A stretch of DNA of 63,693 nucleotides, counting the filler, from Craspedostauros australis (taxonomy: Eukaryota), in the NCBI GenBank assembly GCA_030167865.1. It is 7 parts of 7 records of this genome, joined end to end, with 100 filler letters (N's around TTAATTAATTAA, not from the genome) between each part and the next. Parts side by side here need not be neighbours in the genome. Positions count along the whole stretch, not along the records: positions 57,835 to 61,161 come from JALAGF010003851.1; positions 61,262 to 63,693 come from JALAGF010003863.1; 5 more parts are not named here. One strand, written 5' to 3'. Both the position numbers and the translations under genes were made by a program. Shown one piece after another: positions 59,535-63,693 of this stretch (the stretch's first letter is position 1; each line of letters begins with the position of its first letter). Below the pieces are notes generated by a model. It was not told where the DNA came from, made no database searches, and saw only the letters and a list, made by a program, of their open reading frames with translations.

Positions 59535-59696
59535 CTCTTGTTTTTGTTTTCACTCTCGGTCTCGCTTTTGGACTGGGTCGTGTTCTGTGGATACCGGATT
59601 GTCATCAGAGAGACACTCTTGTTTTTGTTTTCACTCTCGGTCTCGCTTTTGGACTGGGTCGTGTTCTGTGAATACCGGAGTGTCATCAGAGAGACA
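59535..59696. repeat. 81-bp direct tandem duplication (2 copies, 2 mismatches)
   Basis: CTCTTGTTTTTGTTTTCACTCTCGG...CAGAGAGACA at 59535 and 59616. Confidence 0.92.
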
Positions 59697-61161
59697 CTTC
59701 ACTTCACTTCGCATCACGTCGGAGCCATCAAGTTATTACACACGTGAAACCCAATTAAGATGAAAAGGGGTAAAGATGCAGATTATGAGTCTTATCGATG
59801 TCGTATGAGTCAGCGCAGCTGCTGCAATGTTGTGTCGTCCATGACTGGTGCGCGTGTCTACAGCGTAACGCCAATTCAACAGTTTCATACATATCCTGGT
59901 TTGGTCCCCTCGATTCACGGTGGCTCTGCTGGCCGTCGTATCGTCACATTTTGGTTGCATTCGGGATGTACCTGCTGCATGCCCCATGTGTGGACACCGC
60001 AGGGCGCTCATCCCATCAATCATGAGCAGAGCCCATGATTGACCACCCTTGGGTACTGTCGCGAAGCGCCGAGGTCAAAAGAGGACCTGTTGTGCTTGTT
60101 CTTTTTGTCTCGGTCCTTGTTGTGGCTTCGTTAACATGTCGGATAGGTTGGTCTCTGATGGTTCGTATTGGACCACCAGTATACCCACAGCGATGCTTTC
60201 TCTGACGAAGTGATATGCACTTGTTGGAAATCCAGGGTTGATGTTAGTAAGAACTAATTGGTTGTTAGATCGTACTGTTCAGAACTGTGAGCTCATTCTC
60301 TTCAGCTCCTTTGCCTTTCGTTTCTCATATAGCATCTTCTGTAGCAGCATCATGTTATACTGTTGCGTTCATGCATCTCATCATCATGAATCTTCGCTTG
60401 CATGCATGAGATCATATCCGCAGGCATCCTTGTCATGCATATCCGTAGGCATTCTTGCCATGCACCTCGTCGTGCATATCCTTATTCTACACTCCCTGCG
60501 GTACGATTCCACAGTCTTGCGTTTCTCTCTTGATCTCCTGACATCGAACTTTACGATTGGTGTCATGATTGGTGTCATGGATGATGCCCTTTCTGAGTTG
60601 TTCTAGTCCGTGGGTGACACGTGCCATGATCTCCAGATGGGGTGATCACCAATGTGTCGGTTGTCAGGAATCGGGGGTACGACTTTGCAAAGATACCACA
60701 CTCTACCGCAGCTCCCATGAGGACTGACTGGAACCGAGATGGTATTAAGTGCAAAGATACCCATGATTGCCGCAACCCCCAATAGCATCTCCCAGACAAA
60801 CCGCAACCTAGCAATCGATCCGTTGCACTCGGACAGCCCAATGGCCTTACCTGTCTTATGCGACATCCAAGCACCCTCATCCAGTGGCCTACNNNNNNNN
60901 NNNNNNNNNNNNNNNNNNNNNNNNNNNNNNNNNNNNNNNNNNNNNNNNNNNNNNNNNNNNNNNNNNNNNNGAGCGCGACAACCAATATATCTGAACAAGT
61001 CGACGCGTCCCTGAGAACCTAATGTGAGAAAGCGAAACAGAGGCGATCCCTATTCACCCAAGACCACGATCCAGACAACAATAAGTTCCAAACATCCAAA
61101 GGCAACCATCGAGATGACCGGAGGGAGGAACTGAAATGAAGTGGGACCAGTGAGATGACAG

Positions 61162-61261
61162 NNNNNNNNNNNNNNNNNNNNNNNNNNNNNNNNNNNNNNN
61201 NNNNNTTAATTAATTAANNNNNNNNNNNNNNNNNNNNNNNNNNNNNNNNNNNNNNNNNNNN
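61162..61261. other. Artificial contig spacer
   Basis: N-run + TTAATTAATTAA + N-run. Confidence 0.98.
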
Positions 61262-62616
61262 TGTGTTGTGTATTGTGTGTGGACAAACAGAGTAGTTTGT
61301 GTGAGAGGTTATGCGTTTGTTGTGGATTGCGGTTGTCGCTGAATCGAATTTATGAGGAATTTATGAGCAGATGGACGTCAGACAAGTTGTTTCGCTCGTT
61401 TGTCCAATGGCCCTCTGTGAAACAACCAAAGTGTTTGACGGTTGTTGTCATGAACCGATCCCGATCACATCATAACTTTCTGTCTAATCTTGTCGTGACA
61501 TTACTGTGTGCAACGAGAAGCAGGGCCAACAAGTTGGATGAAAGCTTCGCGTGGACAGAAGAGCATGAGCTCTTTTGTCCATCTTTGTCCGTGGCGTTGT
61601 GAATGAATGGCTGAGATGGACCGAACAAGTAGCCGCCACCGAAACATGCAGTCCGTGATGATTCGCTTGTTACAATGGGGATTCATTGAACGTGCCCACT
61701 TCGGCGAATTGGATGTTGTTCAGATTTATTGGCGCACTATGAGGCGTATATCCTGGAGCTTTTTGTGCCGTTTGTCACGATGTTTGTAGTGACGTTATGT
61801 GAGAGGCGAGAATGGATGTTTTGTGCGTGAAGCGAAGAAGGAGACAAGTGCCCTCGCACCACCAACAAGACAAAGGCGACAGAGACGACGAGCAACGACG
61901 AACAAGGGCACAAACGAGGTGAACACAACATCGCGCACTGACCATGGCGAAATCGTAACATGCGCAAAGAGGTCACGCTATGATCGTGAACAATCATAGT
62001 ACACGAATACGTTGGGCAGAGCACAGAAGAGTCCCCTGCTTCGTTGTGTTGTGGTAGCTCTTGCAACACATGGACGGACACGCAATGCCTCACAAGTGTA
62101 ATACCATTCTCTAGTCGCAACCACGAGTAGTCACAAGGCAACGTTGCGCGACATGAACATTGCACACAGTGCTGTGTAACGTTTGATAACATCAAACGAG
62201 ATCGAGAGCGATTGGACCAGATCGAGAGCGATTGGATGAGATTGCTCACAACATCACACAAGTCAACAAAAGGAACCATCATCACGAACTGCAAAACGCA
62301 TTTGCTGCCTAACCTTGTTCCCTGGCGCCCAGTTCGACTGATCCTGAAACGCCAACGCAATCACAGTCCACACGATCAGCATCTCAATTGGATTCTGGCT
62401 GACTCCGGCAGATGGTTGTACTGGCACCAACACTCACACATTCGCAATTTAATACATCCACGCATTCACTCACTCGCGAGTGCAACATACCAGCCCATTG
62501 GAGGGAAACATTGGATTATGCGAGTAAAATACTTGCAAATACTCTCACATAGAGCAACATGTATGTTTGGAGTCATTGATACCATCTTCAAAAAGTCGAA
62601 TCGTTGCATTTGCACT

Positions 62617-62730
62617 CCGTGCTGACCATGCTGACCATGATGCCAGTACCCGTACTCACGCACGTCACACACATCACGCGCGTCGTACACATCACACCCA
62701 TCACACACGTCACACCTGAATCACACGAAC
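62617..62730. repeat. Degenerate 9-bp repeats (CCATGCTGA-like, then CACATCACA-like)
   Basis: ccgtgctga ccatgctga ccatgatg...; cacgtcaca cacatcacg cgcgtcgta cacatcaca cccatcaca cacgtcaca. Confidence 0.6.
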
Positions 62731-63693
62731 CTCATCAACAAAATCCAACCTTCTTGATCTGCGAGTCCGATCATCCATCCAACTGGCGAGGGATGTGATT
62801 GCTCCTGTTCGTGATGCCGATGTGGCGGAGGCAACGGAAGCAACAGTGACGGTGATACAACAGTCCGCAGGTATACTCCACTCTCACTTCTGCTCGCACC
62901 ATGCTCTGTTCTGCCCCGTTCTGTTCTGCTTTATCGCATCATCATGGTCATACAAGCCCCTGTTTCAGCTCCATTCCGGAGGAACATGTCAGTGATGCCA
63001 GAAGTGTCTGCCTGCTGTTCCGGTGCCGTGAATTCCGTCGTGTATGTGGATTGGCGACTGCGTGGGAAGGATGGAGGAATGAGAGGAAAGTGGTGAGGAT
63101 CAGGAAGGTAGGGAGGGTGAGACAAGGAGGAAAGTGGGAAGGAAGACGGACGCAGCTGCCTGATACCATCGGCAGACAACGAAGGGCGTAAAGAAGCCAG
63201 GAAGTATGTTTGACCAGAAAGATGCATTCTCCCAGGAAAGTGGATGTGATGCCGCTCCATGCGGAGTTATTGGACGGTGCAACTGCAGACACCAAGATGA
63301 GGATGCCAAAATGTGAGAGGAGGATTCTGTGCGATGGTACCACACAACTCTACTCTACACGACTCTGCTCTGCTCCACCCTGCTTTGTTCTTTGTCATGG
63401 TTCGTATCCATGGCACGGAATTTGTAGTGATAGCATGGGGACAGGGGGACAGAACCACAGAAGTACAGAACAGAGAACAAGGAAGTGGCCGATGAACAAA
63501 GGCTGATGGTGCTGAACACGCTTTCGACTGACAATTCTGTCGGTTGGTGGCCTCCACCGCTTACTTTGTTGGTTTCTGGTTCTGAAAGTTCGCCGATTCC
63601 GCCACCAAGAGTTTAACTCCGCTTCGTGATAACAGGACAATTTCGTTTCGTTGTTGTGACTGTCGCGGTTCTCATTGATGGACACATTGAAAC

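Noticed and set aside
22656..61261. Recurring palindromic TTAATTAATTAA as a biological motif or piggyBac TTAA site
   Set aside because: Always centred in exactly 44+44 N; it is a synthetic six-frame-stop contig linker.
60200..63693. Short ORFs in the last two contigs and the N gap at 60893-60970
   Set aside because: No recognisable motifs or coding bias; possibly decayed repeats, but not supportable by eye.

Overview
Eukaryotic, diatom-like genomic DNA. Evidence: GT-AG introns, DUF6824 and RNI-like gene families, and RxL-motif secreted proteins. The window is not one molecule. It is seven contigs joined by 100-nt artificial spacers (44 N + TTAATTAATTAA + 44 N): 1-22655, 22756-41454, 41555-51839, 51940-54508, 54609-57734, 57835-61161 and 61262-63693. 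Two neighbouring pairs overlap in inverted orientation (1-976 = revcomp of 22756-23731; 54609-55970 = revcomp of 57835-59196), so they are probably contiguous in the genome. Recognisable genes: CCT7 (1 intron), a membrane-anchored GT60 GlcNAc-transferase (1 intron), a GT8 glycosyltransferase, a SAP + tandem RNase H protein, a CRAL-TRIO-like/DUF6824 protein, two RNI/LRR-like proteins, two paralogues with an RVxF-type motif, an HBS1-like 5' fragment, and several secreted Cys-rich/Pro-Thr mucin-like proteins. Two things stand out. (1) An 11.2-kb segment (30260-41454) bounded by perfect 53-bp inverted repeats has no recognisable transposase but carries a 13-bp minisatellite, a ~27-unit ~115-bp degenerate array and a decayed TLDc host-gene copy, consistent with a Pack-type gene-capturing element. 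(2) A >1850-aa secreted protein has five repeated Cys modules separated by ~19 RxL-type motifs. All family calls come from motif recognition by eye; no database searches were run.
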